Part shown: piece by piece, positions 30,601 through 46,000 of the stretch
How positions within the stretch are numbered: the first letter of the stretch is position 1
Layout: each line of letters starts with the position of its first letter
Source of the DNA: Eledone cirrhosa
Lineage: Eukaryota
Direction of reading: 5' to 3'
NCBI GenBank assembly: GCA_964016885.1
Contig: OZ024742.1
Span: 241,428,001 to 241,492,000 of the forward strand
Length of the DNA stretch: 64,000 nt
Position numbers and translations under genes: made by a program
Notes under the pieces: model-generated
What the model was told of the DNA's origin: nothing
Databases searched by the model: none
The model's input: the letters and a program-made list of their open reading frames with translations, nothing else

Positions 30601-31700
30601 CAAGCCACCAACAGAAATGGAACACCAAGCCACCAACAGAAATGGAACTCCAAGCCACCAACAGAAATGGAACTCCAAACCACCAACAGAAATGTAACTC
30701 CAAGCCAATAACAGAAATGGAACTCCAAGCCACTAACAGAAATGGAACTCCAAGCGACTAAAAGAAACGGAACTCCATGCCACCAACAGAAATGGAACAC
30801 CAAGCCACTAACAGAAATGGAACTCCAAACCACCAACAGAAATGTAACTCCAAGCCACCAACAGAAATGGAATTCCAAGCCATTAAAAGAAATGGAACTC
30901 CAAGCCACCAACAGAAATGGAACTCCAAGCCACCAACAGAAATGTAACTCCAAGCCACCAACAGAAATGGAACTCCAAGCCACCAACAGAAATGGAACTC
31001 CAAGCCACTAACAGAAATGGAATTCCAAGCGACTAAAAGAAATGGAACTCCAAGCCACCAACAGAAATGAAACTCCAACCCACCAACAGAAATGGAAAAC
31101 CAAGCCACTAACAGAAATGGAACTCCAAGTAACCAACAGAAATGGAACTCCAAGCCACTAACAGAAATGGAACTCCAAGCCACCAACAGAAATGGAACTC
31201 CAAACCACCAACAGAAATGTAACTCCAAGCCACCAACAGAAATGGACTTCCAAGCCATTAACAGAAATGGAACTCCAAGTCACCAACAGAAATGGAACTC
31301 CAAGCCACCAACAGAAATGGAACTCCAAGCCACCAACAGAAATGAAACTCCAACCCACCAACAGAAATGGAAAACCAAGCCACTAACAGAAATGGAACTC
31401 CAAGTAACCAACAGAAATGGAACTCCAAGCCACTAACAGAAATGGAACTCCAAGCCACCAACAGAAATGGAACTCCAAACCACCAACAGAAATGTAACTC
31501 CAAGCCACTAACAGAAATGGAATTCCAAGCGACTAAAAGAAATGGAACTCCAAGCCACCAACAGAAATGGAACTCCAAGCTAACAACAAAAATGGACCTC
31601 CAAGCCACCAACAGAAATGAAACTCCAAGCCACCAACAGAAATGGAACTCCAAGCCACCAACAGAAATAAAACTCCAAGCCAATAACAGAAATGGAACTC

Positions 31701-34700
31701 TAAGCCTCCTACAGAAATGGAACTGCAAGCCACTAACATAAATGGAACTCCAAGCCACTAACAGAAATGGAACTCCAAGCCACCAACAGAAATGGAACTC
31801 CAAGCCACCAACAGAAATGGAACTCCAAGCCACCAACAGAAATGGAACTCCAAACCACCAACAGAAATGTAACTCCAAGCCACTAACAGAAATGGAACAC
31901 CAAGCCACCAACAGAAATGGAACACCAAGCCACCAACAGAAATGGAACTCCAAGCCACCAACAGAAATGGAACTCCAAACCACCAACAGAAATGTAACTC
32001 CAAGCCAATAACAGAAATGGAACTCCAAGCCACTAACAGAAATGGAACTCCAAGCGACTAAAAGAAATGGAACTCCAAGCCACCAACAGAAATGGAACAC
32101 CAAGCCACTAACAGAAATGGAACTCCAAGTAACCAACAGAAATGGAAATCCAAGCCACTAACAGAAATGGAACTCCAAGCCACCAACAGAAATGGAACTC
32201 CAAGCAACCAACAGAAATGGAACTCCAAGCCACCAACAGAAATGGAACTCCAAGCCACCAACAGAAATGGAACTCCAAGCCACCAACAGAAATGGAACTC
32301 CAAGCCACCAACAGAAATGGAACTCCAAGCCACCAACAGAAATGGAACTCCAAGCCACCAACAGAAATGGAACTCCAAGCCACCAACAGAAATAAAACTC
32401 CAAGCTAACAACAAAAATGGACCTTCAAGCCACCAACAGAAATGAAACTCCCAGCCACCAACAGAAATGGAACTCCAAGCCAATAACAGAAATGGAACTC
32501 CAAGCCACCAACAGAAATGGAACACCAAGCCACCAACAGAAATGGAACTCCAAGCCACCAACAGAAATGGAACTCCAAACCACCAACAGAAATGTAACTC
32601 CAAGCCACCAACAGAAATGGAATTCCAAGCCATTAACAGAAATGGAACTCCAAGCCACCAACAGAAATGGAACTCCAAGCCACCAACAGAAATGGAATTC
32701 CAAGCCATTAACAGAAATGGAACTCCAAGCAACCAACAGAAATGGAACTCCAAGCCACCAACAGAAATGGAACTCCAAGCCACCAACAGAAATGAAACTC
32801 CAACCCACCAACAGAAATGTAACTCCAAGCCACCAACAGAAATGGAATTCCAAGCCATTAACAGAAATGGAACTCCAAGCCACCAACAGAAATGGAACTC
32901 CAAGCCACCAACAGAAATGGAACTCCAAGCCACCAACAGAAATGGAACTCCAAGCCACCAACAGAAATGGAACTCCAAGCCACCAACAGAAATGGAACTC
33001 CAAGCCACCAACAGAAATAAAACTCCAAGCTAACAACAAAAATGGACCTTCAAGCCACCAACAGAAATGAAACTCCCAGCCACCAACAGAAATGGAACTC
33101 CAAGCCAATAACAGAAATGGAACTCCAAGCCACCAACAGAAATGGAACACCAAGCCACCAACAGAAATGGAACTCCAAGCCACCAACAGAAATGGAACTC
33201 CAAACCACCAACAGAAATGTAACTCCAAGCCACCAACAGAAATGGAATTCCAAGCCATTAACAGAAATGGAACTCCAAGCCACCAACAGAAATGGAACTC
33301 CAAGCCACCAACAGAAATGGAACTCCAAGCCACCAACAGAAATGGAACTCCAAGCCACCAACAGAAATGGAACTCCAAGCCACTAACAGAAATGGAATTC
33401 CAAGCGACTAAAAGAAATGGAACTCCAAGCCACCAACAGAAATGAAACTCCAACCCACCAACAGAAATGGAAAACCAAGCCACTAACAGAAATGGAACTC
33501 CAAGTAACCAACAGAAACGGAACTCCAAGCCACTAACAGAAATGGAACTCCAAGCCACCAACAGAAATGGAACTCCAAACCACCAACAGAAATGTAACTC
33601 CAAGCCACTAACAGAAATGGAATTCCAAGCCATTAACAGAAATGGAACTCCAAGCCACCAACAGAAATGGAACTCCAAGCCACCAACAGAAATGGAACTC
33701 CAAGCCACCAACAGAAATGAAACTCCAACCCACCAACAGAAATGGAAAACCAAGCCACTAACAGAAATGGAACTCCAAGTAACCAACAGAAATGGAACTC
33801 CAAGCCACTAACAGAAATGGAACTCCAAGCCACCAACAGAAATGGAACTCCAAACCACCAACAGAAATGTAACTCCAAGCCACTAACAGAAATGGAATTC
33901 CAAGCGACTAAAAGAAATGGAACTCCAAGCCACCAACAGAAATGGAACTCCAAGCTAACAACAAAAATGGACCTCCAAGCCACCAACAGAAATGAAACTC
34001 CAAGCCACCAACAGAAATGGAACTCCAAGCCACCAACAGAAATAAAACTCCAAGCCAATAACAGAAATGGAACTCTAAGCCTCCTACAGAAATGGAACTG
34101 CAAGCCACTAACATAAATGGAACTCCAAGCCACTAACAGAAATGGAACTCCAAGCCACCAACAGAAATGGAACTCCAAGCCACCAACAGAAATGGAACTC
34201 CAAGCCACCAACAGAAATGGAACTCCAAACCACCAACAGAAATGTAACTCCAAGCCACTAACAGAAATGGAACACCAAGCCACCAACAGAAATGGAACAC
34301 CAAGCCACCAACAGAAATGGAACTCCAAGCCACCAACAGAAATGGAACTCCAAACCACCAACAGAAATGTAACTCCAAGCCAATAACAGAAATGGAACTC
34401 CAAGCCACTAACAGAAATGGAACTCCAAGCGACTAAAAGAAATGGAACTCCAAGCCACCAACAGAAATGGAACACCAAGCCACTAACAGAAATGGAACTC
34501 CAAGTAACCAACAGAAATGGAAATCCAAGCCACTAACAGAAATGGAACTCCAAGCCACCAACAGAAATGGAACTCCAAGCAACCAACAGAAATGGAACTC
34601 CAAGCCACCAACAGAAATGGAACTCCAAGCCACCAACAGAAATGGAACTCCAAGCCACCAACAGAAATGGAACTCCAAGCCACCAACAGAAATGGAACTC

Positions 34701-36725
34701 CAAGCCACCAACAGAAATGGAACTCCAAGCCACCAACAGAAATGGAACTCCAAGCCACCAACAGAAATAAAACTCCAAGCTAACAACAAAAATGGACCTT
34801 CAAGCCACCAACAGAAATGAAACTCCCAGCCACCAACAGAAATGGAACTCCAAGCCAATAACAGAAATGGAACTCCAAGCCACCAACAGAAATGGAACAC
34901 CAAACCACCAACAGAAATGGAACTCCAAGCCACCAACAGAAATGGAACTCCAAGCCACCAACAGAAATGGAACTCCAAGCCACCAACAGAAATGGAACTC
35001 CAAGCCACCAACAGAAATGGAACTCCAAGCCACCAACAGAAATAAAACTCCAAGCTAACAACAAAAATGGACCTTCAAGCCACCAACAGAAATGAAACTC
35101 CCAGCCACCAACAGAAATGGAACTCCAAGCCAATAACAGAAATGGAACTCCAAGCCACCAACAGAAATGGAACACCAAGCCACCAACAGAAATGGAACTC
35201 CAAGCCACCAACAGAAATGGAACTCCAAACCACCAACAGAAATGTAACTCCAAGCCACCAACAGAAATGGAATTCCAAGCCATTAACAGAAATGGAACTC
35301 CAAGCCACCAACAGAAATGGAACTCCAAGCCACCAACAGAAATGGAATTCCAAGCCCTTAACAGAAATGGAACTCCAAGCCACCAACAGAAATGGAACAC
35401 CAAGCCACCAACAGAAATGGAACTCCAAGCCACCAACAGAAATGAAACTCCAACCCACCAACAGAAATGTAACTCCAAGCCACCAACAGAAATGGAATTC
35501 CAAGCCATTAACAGAAATGGAACTCCAAGCCACCAACAGAAATGGAACTCCAAGCCACCAACAGAAATGGAACTCCAAGCCACCAACAGAAATGGAACTC
35601 CAAGCCACCAACAGAAATGGAACTCCAAGCCACCAACAGAAATGGAACTCCAAGCCACCAACAGAAATAAAACTCCAAGCTAACAACAAAAATGGACCTT
35701 CAAGCCACCAACAGAAATGAAACTCCCAGCCACCAACAGAAATGGTACTCCAAGCCAATAACAGAAATGGAACTCCAAGCCACCAACAGAAATGGAACAC
35801 CAAGCCACCAACAGAAATGGAACTCCAAGCCACCAACAGAAATGGAACTCCAAACCACCAACAGAAATGTAACTCCAAGCCACCAACAGAAATGGAATTC
35901 CAAGCCATTAACAGAAATGGAACTCCAAGCCACCAACAGAAATGGAACTCCAAGCCACCAACAGAAATGGAACTCCAAGCCACCAACAGAAATGGAACTC
36001 CAAGCCACCAACAGAAATGGAACTCCAAGCCACTAACAGAAATGGAATTCCAAGCGACTAAAAGAAATGGAACTCCAAGCCACCAACAGAAATGAAACTC
36101 CAACCCACCAACAGAAATGGAAAACCAAGCCACTAACAGAAATGGAACTCCAAGTAACCAACAGAAATGGAACTCCAAGCCACTAACAGAAATGGAACTC
36201 CAAGCCACCAACAGAAATGGAACTCCAAACCACCAACAGAAATGTAACTCCAAGCCACCAACAGAAATGGAATTCCAAGCCATTAACAGAAATGGAACTC
36301 CAAGCCACCAACAGAAATGGAACTCCAAGCCACCAACAGAAATGGAACTCCAAGCCACCAACAGAAATGAAACTCCAACCCACCAACAGAAATGGAAAAC
36401 CAAGCCACTAACAGAAATGGAACTCCAAGTAACCAACAGAAATGGAACTCCAAGCCACTAACAGAAATGGAACTCCAAGCCACCAACAGAAATGGAACTC
36501 CAAACCACCAACAGAAATGTAACTCCAAGCCACTAACAGAAATGGAATTCCAAGCGACTAAAAGAAATGGAACTCCAAGCCACCAACAGAAATGGAACTC
36601 CAAGCTAACAACAAAAATGGACCTCCAAGCCACCAACAGAAATGAAACTCCAAGCCACCAACAGAAATGGAACTCCAAGCCACCAACAGAAATAAAACTC
36701 CAAGCCAATAACAGAAATGGAACTC
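31701..36725 (+). repeat. Subfamily A HOR units: a 95-mer (31701-34075) and a 106-mer (34076-36725); other 95-mers at 22751 and 58051, another 106-mer at 651
   Basis: The GGACCTT module occurs twice 625 bp apart in the 95-mer (32401, 33026). It occurs three times, 275 and 625 bp apart, in the 106-mers (34776, 35051, 35676; 1351, 1626, 2251). This gives 95 = 70+25 and 106 = 70+25+11 monomers. Confidence 0.88.
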
Positions 36726-38280
36726 TAAGCCTCCTACAGAAATGGAACTGCAAGCCACTAACATAAATGGAACTCCAAGCCACTAACAGAAATGGAACTC
36801 CAAGCCACCAACAGAAATGGAACTCCAAGCCACCAACAGAAATGGAACTCCAAGCCACCAACAGAAATGGAACTCCAAACCACCAACAGAAATGTAACTC
36901 CAAGCCACTAACAGAAATGGAACACCAAGCCACCAACAGAAATGGAACACCAAGCCACCAACAGAAATGGAACTCCAAGCCACCAACAGAAATGGAACTC
37001 CAAACCACCAACAGAAATGTAACTCCAAGCCAATAACAGAAATGGAACTCCAAGCCACTAACAGAAATGGAACTCCAAGCGACTAAAAGAAATGGAACTC
37101 CAAGCCACCAACAGAAATGGAACACCAAGCCACTAACAGAAATGGAACTCCAAGTAACCAACAGAAATGGAAATCCAAGCCACTAACAGAAATGGAACTC
37201 CAAGCCACCAACAGAAATGGAACTCCAAGCAACCAACAGAATTGGAACTCCAAGCCACCAACAGAAATGGAACTCCAAGCCACCAACAGAAATGGAACTC
37301 CAAACCACCAACAGAAATGGAACTCCAAGCCACCAACAGAAATGGAACTCCAAGCCATCAACAGAAATGGAACTCCAAGCCACCAACAGAAATGGAACTC
37401 CAAGCCACCAACAGAAATAAAACTCCAAGCTAACAACAAAAATGGACCTTCAAGCCACCAACAGAAATGAAACTCCCAGCCACCAACAGAAATGGAACTC
37501 CAAGCCAATAACAGAAATGGAACTCCAAGCCACCAACAGAAATGGAACACCAAGCCACCAACAGAAATGGAACTCCAAGCCACCAACAGAAATGGAACTC
37601 CAAACCACCAACAGAAATGTAACTCCAAGCCACCAACAGAAATGGAATTCCAAGCCATTAACAGAAATGGAACTCCAAGCCACCAACAGAAATGGAACTC
37701 CAAGCCACCAACAGAAATGGAACTCCAAGCCACCAACAGAAATGGAACTCCAAGCCACCAACAGAAATGGAACTCCAAGCCACTAACAGAAATGGAATTC
37801 CAAGCGACTAAAAGAAATGGAACTCCAAGCCACCAACAGAAATGAAACTCCAACCCACCAACAGAAATGGAAAACCAAGCCACTAACAGAAATGGAACTC
37901 CAAGTAACCAACATAAATGGAACTCCAAGCCACTAACAGAAATGGAACTCCAAGCCACCAACAGAAATGGAACTCCAAACCACCAACAGAAATGTAACTC
38001 CAAGCCACCAACAGAAATGGAATTCCAAGCCATTAACAGAAATGGAACTCCAAGCCACCAACAGAAATGGAACTCCAAGCCACCAACAGAAATGGAACTC
38101 CAAGCCACCAACAGAAATGAAACTCCAACCCACCAACAGAAATGGAAAACCAAGCCACTAACAGAAATGGAACTCCAAGTAACCAACAGAAATGGAACTC
38201 CAAGCCACTAACAGAAATGGAACTCCAAGCCACCAACAGAAATGGAACTCCAAACCACCAACAGAAATGTAACTCCAAGC
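33426..38280 (+). repeat. Long-range copy of window positions 1-4855 (offset 33,425)
   Basis: The order of variant monomers is the same. ORF pairs are 42/33467, 1042/34467, 1367/34792, 2692/36117, 3692/37117 and 4717/38142. Confidence 0.82.
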
Positions 38281-41200
38281 CACTAACAGAAATGGAATTC
38301 CAAGCGACTAAAAGAAATGGAACTCCAAGCCACCAACAGAAATGGAACTCCAAGCTAACAACAAAAATGGACCTCCAAGCCACCAACAGAAATGAAACTC
38401 CAAGCCACCAACAGAAATGGAACTCCAAGCCACCAACAGAAATAAAACTCCAAGCCAATAACAGAAATGGAACTCTAAGCCTCCTACAGAAATGGAACTG
38501 CAAGCCACTAACATAAATGGAACTCCAAGCCACTAACAGAAATGGAACTCCAAGCCACCAACAGAAATGGAACTCCAAGCCACCAACAGAAATGGAACTC
38601 CAAGCCACCAACAGAAATGGAACTCCAAACCACCAACAGAAATGTAACTCCAAGCCACTAACAGAAATGGAACACCAAGCCACCAACAGAAATGGAACAC
38701 CAAGCCACCAACAGAAATGGAACTCCAAGCCACTAACAGAAATGGAACTCCAAACCAACAACAGAAATGTAACTCCAAGCCAATAACAGAAATGGAACTC
38801 CAAGCCACTAACAGAAATGGAACTCCTAGCGACTAAAAGAAATGGAACTCCAAGCCACCAACAGAAATGGAACTCCAAACCACCAACAGAAATGTAACTC
38901 CAAGCCAATAACAGAAATGGAACTCCAAGCCACTAACAGAAATGGAACTCCAAGCGACTAAAAGAAATGGAACTCCAAGCCACCAACAGAAATGGAACAC
39001 CAAGCCACTAACAGAAATGGAACTCCAAGTAACCAACAGAAATGGAAATCCAAGCCACTAACAGAAATGGAACTCCAAGCCACCAACAGAAATGGAACTC
39101 CAAGCAACCAACAGAAATGGAACTCCAAGCCACCAACAGAAATGGAACTCCAAGCCACCAACAGAAATGGAACTCCAAGCCACCAACAGAAATGGAACTC
39201 CAAGCCACCAACAGAAATGGAACTCCAAGCCACCAACAGAAATGGAACTCCAAGCCACCAACAGAAATGGAACTCCAAGCCACCAACAGAAATAAAACTC
39301 CAAGCTAACAACAAAAATGGACCTTCAAGCCACCAACAGAAATGAAACTCCCAGCCACCAACAGAAATGGAACTCCAAGCCAATAACAGAAATGGAACTC
39401 CAAGCCACCAACAGAAATGGAACACCAAACCACCAACAGAAATGGAACTCCAAGCCACCAACAGAAATGGAACTCCAAGCCACCAACAGAAATGGAACTC
39501 CAAGCCACCAACAGAAATGGAACTCCAAGCCACCAACAGAAATGGAACTCCAAGCCACCAACAGAAATAAAACTCCAAGCTAACAACAAAAATGGACCTT
39601 CAAGCCACCAACAGAAATGAAACTCCCAGCCACCAACAGAAATGGAACTCCAAGCCAATAACAGAAATGGAACTCCAAGCCACCAACAGAAATGGAACAC
39701 CAAGCCACCAACAGAAATGGAACTCCAAGCCACCAACAGAAATGGAACTCCAAACCACCAACAGAAATGTAACTCCAAGCCACCAACAGAAATGGAATTC
39801 CAAGCCATTAACAGAAATGGAACTCCAAGCCACCAACAGAAATGGAACTCCAAGCCACCAACAGAAATGGAATTCCAAGCCCTTAACAGAAATGGAACTC
39901 CAAGCCACCAACAGAAATGGAACACCAAGCCACCAACAGAAATGGAACTCCAAGCCACCAACAGAAATGAAACTCCAACCCACCAACAGAAATGTAACTC
40001 CAAGCCACCAACAGAAATGGAATTCCAAGCCATTAACAGAAATGGAACTCCAAGCCACCAACAGAAATGGAACTCCAAGCCACTAACAGAAATGGAACTC
40101 CAAGTAACCAACAGAAATGGAAATCCAAGCCACTAACAGAAATGGAACTCCAAGCCACCAACAGAAATGGAACTCCAAGCAACCAACAGAATTGGAACTC
40201 CAAGCCACCAACAGAAATGGAACTCCAAGCCACCAACAGAAATGGAACTCCAAACCACCAACAGAAATGGAACTCCAAGCCACCAACAGAAATGGAACTC
40301 CAAGCCATCAACAGAAATGGAACTCCAAGCCACCAACAGAAATGGAACTCCAAGCCACCAACAGAAATAAAACTCCAAGCTAACAACAAAAATGGACCTT
40401 CAAGCCACCAACAGAAATGAAACTCCCAGCCACCAACAGAAATGGAACTCCAAGCCAATAACAGAAATGGAACTCCAAGCCACCAACAGAAATGGAACAC
40501 CAAGCCACCAACAGAAATGGAACTCCAAGCCACCAACAGAAATGGAACTCCAAACCACCAACAGAAATGTAACTCCAAGCCACCAACAGAAATGGAATTC
40601 CAAGCCATTAACAGAAATGGAACTCCAAGCCACCAACAGAAATGGAACTCCAAGCCACCAACAGAAATGGAACTCCAAGCCACCAACAGAAATGGAACTC
40701 CAAGCCACCAACAGAAATGGAACTCCAAGCCACTAACAGAAATGGAATTCCAAGCGACTAAAAGAAATGGAACTCCAAGCCACCAACAGAAATGAAACTC
40801 CAACCCACCAACAGAAATGGAAAACCAAGCCACTAACAGAAATGGAACTCCAAGTAACCAACATAAATGGAACTCCAAGCCACTAACAGAAATGGAACTC
40901 CAAGCCACCAACAGAAATGGAACTCCAAACCACCAACAGAAATGTAACTCCAAGCCACCAACAGAAATGGAATTCCAAGCCATTAACAGAAATGGAACTC
41001 CAAGCCACCAACAGAAATGGAACTCCAAGCCACCAACAGAAATGGAACTCCAAGCCACCAACAGAAATGAAACTCCAACCCACCAACAGAAATGGAAAAC
41101 CAAGCCACTAACAGAAATGGAACTCCAAGTAACCAACAGAAATGGAACTCCAAGCCACTAACAGAAATGGAACTCCAAGCCACCAACAGAAATGGAACTC

Positions 41201-43000
41201 CAAACCACCAACAGAAATGTAACTCCAAGCCACTAACAGAAATGGAATTCCAAGCGACTAAAAGAAATGGAACTCCAAGCCACCAACAGAAATGGAACTC
41301 CAAGCTAACAACAAAAATGGACCTCCAAGCCACCAACATAAATGAAACTCCAAGCCACCAACAGAAATGGAACTCCAAGCCACCAACAGAAATAAAACTC
41401 CAAGCCAATAACAGAAATGGAACTCTAAGCCTCCTACAGAAATGGAACTGCAAGCCACTAACATAAATGGAACTCCAAGCCACTAACAGAAATGGAACTC
41501 CAAGCCACCAACAGAAATGGAACTCCAAGCCACCAACAGAAATGGAACTCCAAACCACCAACAGAAATGTAACTCCAAGCCACTAACAGAAATGGAACAC
41601 CAAGCCACCAACAGAAATGGAACACCAAGCCACCAACAGAAATGGAACTCCAAGCCACTAACAGAAATGGAACTCCAAACCAACAACAGAAATGTAACTC
41701 CAAGCCAATAACAGAAATGGAACTCCAAGCCACTAACAGAAATGGAACTCCTAGCGACTAAAAGAAATGGAACTCCAAGCCACCAACAGAAATGGAACTC
41801 CAAACCACCAACAGAAATGTAACTCCAAGCCAATAACAGAAATGGAACTCCAAGCCACTAACAGAAATGGAACTCCAAGCGACTAAAAGAAATGGAACTC
41901 CAAGCCACCAACAGAAATGGAACACCAAGCCACTAACAGAAATGGAACTCCAAGTAACCAACAGAAATGGAAATCCAAGCCACTAACAGAAATGGAACTC
42001 CAAGCCACCAACAGAAATGGAACTCCAAGCAACCAACAGAAATGGAACTCCAAGCCACCAACAGAAATGGAACTCCAAGCCACCAACAGAAATGGAACTC
42101 CAAGCCACCAACAGAAATGGAACTCCAAGCCACCAACAGAAATGGAACTCCAAGCCACCAACAGAAATGGAACTCCAAGCCACCAACAGAAATGGAACTC
42201 CAAGCCACCAACAGAAATAAAACTCCAAGCTAACAACAAAAATGGACCTTCAAGCCACCAACAGAAATGAAACTCCCAGCCACCAACAGAAATGGAACTC
42301 CAAGCCAATAACAGAAATGGAACTCCAAGCCACCAACAGAAATGGAACACCAAACCACCAACAGAAATGGAACTCCAAGCCACCAACAGAAATGGAACTC
42401 CAAGCCACCAACAGAAATGGAACTCCAAGCCACCAACAGAAATGGAACTCCAAGCCACCAACAGAAATGGAACTCCAAGCCACCAACAGAAATAAAACTC
42501 CAAGCTAACAACAAAAATGGACCTTCAAGCCACCAACAGAAATGAAACTCCCAGCCACCAACAGAAATGGAACTCCAAGCCAATAACAGAAATGGAACTC
42601 CAAGCCACCAACAGAAATGGAACACCAAGCCACCAACAGAAATGGAACTCCAAGCCACCAACAGAAATGGAACTCCAAACCACCAACAGAAATGTAACTC
42701 CAAGCCACCAACAGAAATGGAATTCCAAGCCATTAACAGAAATGGAACTCCAAGCCACCAACAGAAATGGAACTCCAAGCCACCAACAGAAATGGAATTC
42801 CAAGCCCTTAACAGAAATGGAACTCCAAGCCACCAACAGAAATGGAACACCAAGCCACCAACAGAAATGGAACTCCAAGCCACCAACAGAAATGAAACTC
42901 CAACCCACCAACAGAAATGTAACTCCAAGCCACCAACAGAAATGGAATTCCAAGCCATTAACAGAAATGGAACTCCAAGCCACCAACAGAAATGGAACTC
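37126..43000 (+). repeat. Tandem ~2,950/2,925-bp duplication; the second copy lacks one monomer near 41500
   Basis: CAAGTAACCAACATA is at 37901 and 40851 (offset 2950). CTAGCGACTA is at 38826 and 41751, and CAAGCCCTTA at 39876 and 42801 (offset 2925). Confidence 0.8.
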
Positions 43001-46000
43001 CAAGCCACCAACAGAAATGGAACTCCAAGCCACCAACAGAAATGGAACTCCAAGCCACCAACAGAAATGGAACTCCAAGCCACCAACAGAAATGGAACTC
43101 CAAGCCACCAACAGAAATAAAACTCCAAGCTAACAACAAAAATGGACCTTCAAGCCACCAACAGAAATGAAACTCCCAGCCACCAACAGAAATGGTACTC
43201 CAAGCCAATAACAGAAATGGAACTCCAAGCCACCAACAGAAATGGAACACCAAGCCACCAACAGAAATGGAACTCCAAGCCACCAACAGAAATGGAACTC
43301 CAAACCACCAACAGAAATGTAACTCCAAGCCACCAACAGAAATGGAATTCCAAGCCATTAACAGAAATGGAACTCCAAGCCACCAACAGAAATGGAACTC
43401 CAAGCCACCAACAGAAATGGAACTCCAAGCCACCAACAGAAATGGAACTCCAAGCCACCAACAGAAATGGAACTCCAAGCCACTAACAGAAATGGAATTC
43501 CAAGCGACTAAAAGAAATGGAACTCCAAGCCACCAACAGAAATGAAACTCCAACCCACCAACAGAAATGGAAAACCAAGCCACTAACAGAAATGGAACTC
43601 CAAGTAACCAACAGAAATGGAACTCCAAGCCACTAACAGAAATGGAACTCCAAGCCACCAACAGAAATGGAACTCCAAACCACCAACAGAAATGTAACTC
43701 CAAGCCACCAACAGAAATGGAATTCCAAGCCATTAACAGAAATGGAACTCCAAGCCACCAACAGAAATGGAACTCCAAGCCACCAACAGAAATGGAACTC
43801 CAAGCCACCAACAGAAATGAAACTCCAACCCACCAACAGAAATGGAAAACCAAGCCACTAACAGAAATGGAACTCCAAGTAACCAACAGAAATGGAACTC
43901 CAAGCCACTAACAGAAATGGAACTCCAAGCCACCAACAGAAATGGAACTCCAAACCACCAACAGAAATGTAACTCCAAGCCACTAACAGAAATGGAATTC
44001 CAAGCGACTAAAAGAAATGGAACTCCAAGCCACCAACAGAAATGGAACTCCAAGCTAACAACAAAAATGGACCTCCAAGCCACCAACAGAAATGAAACTC
44101 CAAGCCACCAACAGAAATGGAACTCCAAGCCACCAACAGAAATAAAACTCCAAGCCAATAACAGAAATGGAACTCTAAGCCTCCTACAGAAATGGAACTG
44201 CAAGCCACTAACATAAATGGAACTCCAAGCCACTAACAGAAATGGAACTCCAAGCCACCAACAGAAATGGAACTCCAAGCCACCAACAGAAATGGAACTC
44301 CAAGCCACCAACAGAAATGGAACTCCAAACCACCAACAGAAATGTAACTCCAAGCCACTAACAGAAATGGAACACCAAGCCACCAACAGAAATGGAACAC
44401 CAAGCCACCAACAGAAATGGAACTCCAAGCCACCAACAGAAATGGAACTCCAAACCACCAACAGAAATGTAACTCCAAGCCAATAACAGAAATGGAACTC
44501 CAAGCCACTAACAGAAATGGAACTCCAAGCGACTAAAAGAAATGGAACTCCAAGCCACCAACAGAAATGGAACACCAAGCCACTAACAGAAATGGAACTC
44601 CAAGTAACCAACAGAAATGGAAATCCAAGCCACTAACAGAAATGGAACTCCAAGCCACCAACAGAAATGGAACTCCAAGCAACCAACAGAATTGGAACTC
44701 CAAGCCACCAACAGAAATGGAACTCCAAGCCACCAACAGAAATGGAACTCCAAACCACCAACAGAAATGGAACTCCAAGCCACCAACAGAAATGGAACTC
44801 CAAGCCATCAACAGAAATGGAACTCCAAGCCACCAACAGAAATGGAACTCCAAGCCACCAACAGAAATAAAACTCCAAGCTAACAACAAAAATGGACCTT
44901 CAAGCCACCAACAGAAATGAAACTCCCAGCCACCAACAGAAATGGAACTCCAAGCCAATAACAGAAATGAAACTCCCAGCCACCAACAGAAATGGAACTC
45001 CAAGCCAATAACAGAAATGGAACTCCAAGCCACCAACAGAAATGGAACACCAAACCACCAACAGAAATGGAACTCCAAGCCACCAACAGAAATGGAACTC
45101 CAAGCCACCAACAGAAATGGAACTCCAAGCCACCAACAGAAATGGAACTCCAAGCCACCAACAGAAATGGAACTCCAAGCCACCAACAGAAATAAAACTC
45201 CAAGCTAACAACAAAAATGGACCTTCAAGCCATCAACAGAAATGAAACTCCCAGCCACCAACAGAAATGGAACTCCAAGCCAATAACAGAAATGGAACTC
45301 CAAGCCACCAACAGAAATGGAACACCAAGCCACCAACAGAAATGGAACTCCAAGCCACCAACAGAAATGGAACTCCAAACCACCAACAGAAATGTAACTC
45401 CAAGCCACCAACAGAAATGGAATTCCAAGCCATTAACAGAAATGGAACTCCAAGCCACCAACAGAAATGGAACTCCAAGCCACCAACAGAAATGGAATTC
45501 CAAGCCCTTAACAGAAATGGAACTCCAAGCCACCAACAGAAATGGAACACCAAGCCACCAACAGAAATGGAACTCCAAGCCACCAACAGAAATGAAACTC
45601 CAACCCACCAACAGAAATGTAACTCCAAGCCACCAACAGAAATGGAATTCCAAGCCATTAACAGAAATGGAACTCCAAGCCACCAACAGAAATGGAACTC
45701 CAAGCCACCAACAGAAATGGAACTCCAAGCCACCAACAGAAATGGAACTCCAAGCCACCAACAGAAATGGAACTCCAAGCCACCAACAGAAATGGAACTC
45801 CAAGCCACCAACAGAAATAAAACTCCAAGCTAACAACAAAAATGGACCTTCAAGCCACCAACAGAAATGAAACTCCCAGCCACCAACAGAAATGGTACTC
45901 CAAGCCAATAACAGAAATGGAACTCCAAGCCACCAACAGAAATGGAACACCAAGCCACCAACAGAAATGGAACTCCAAGCCACCAACAGAAATGGAACTC

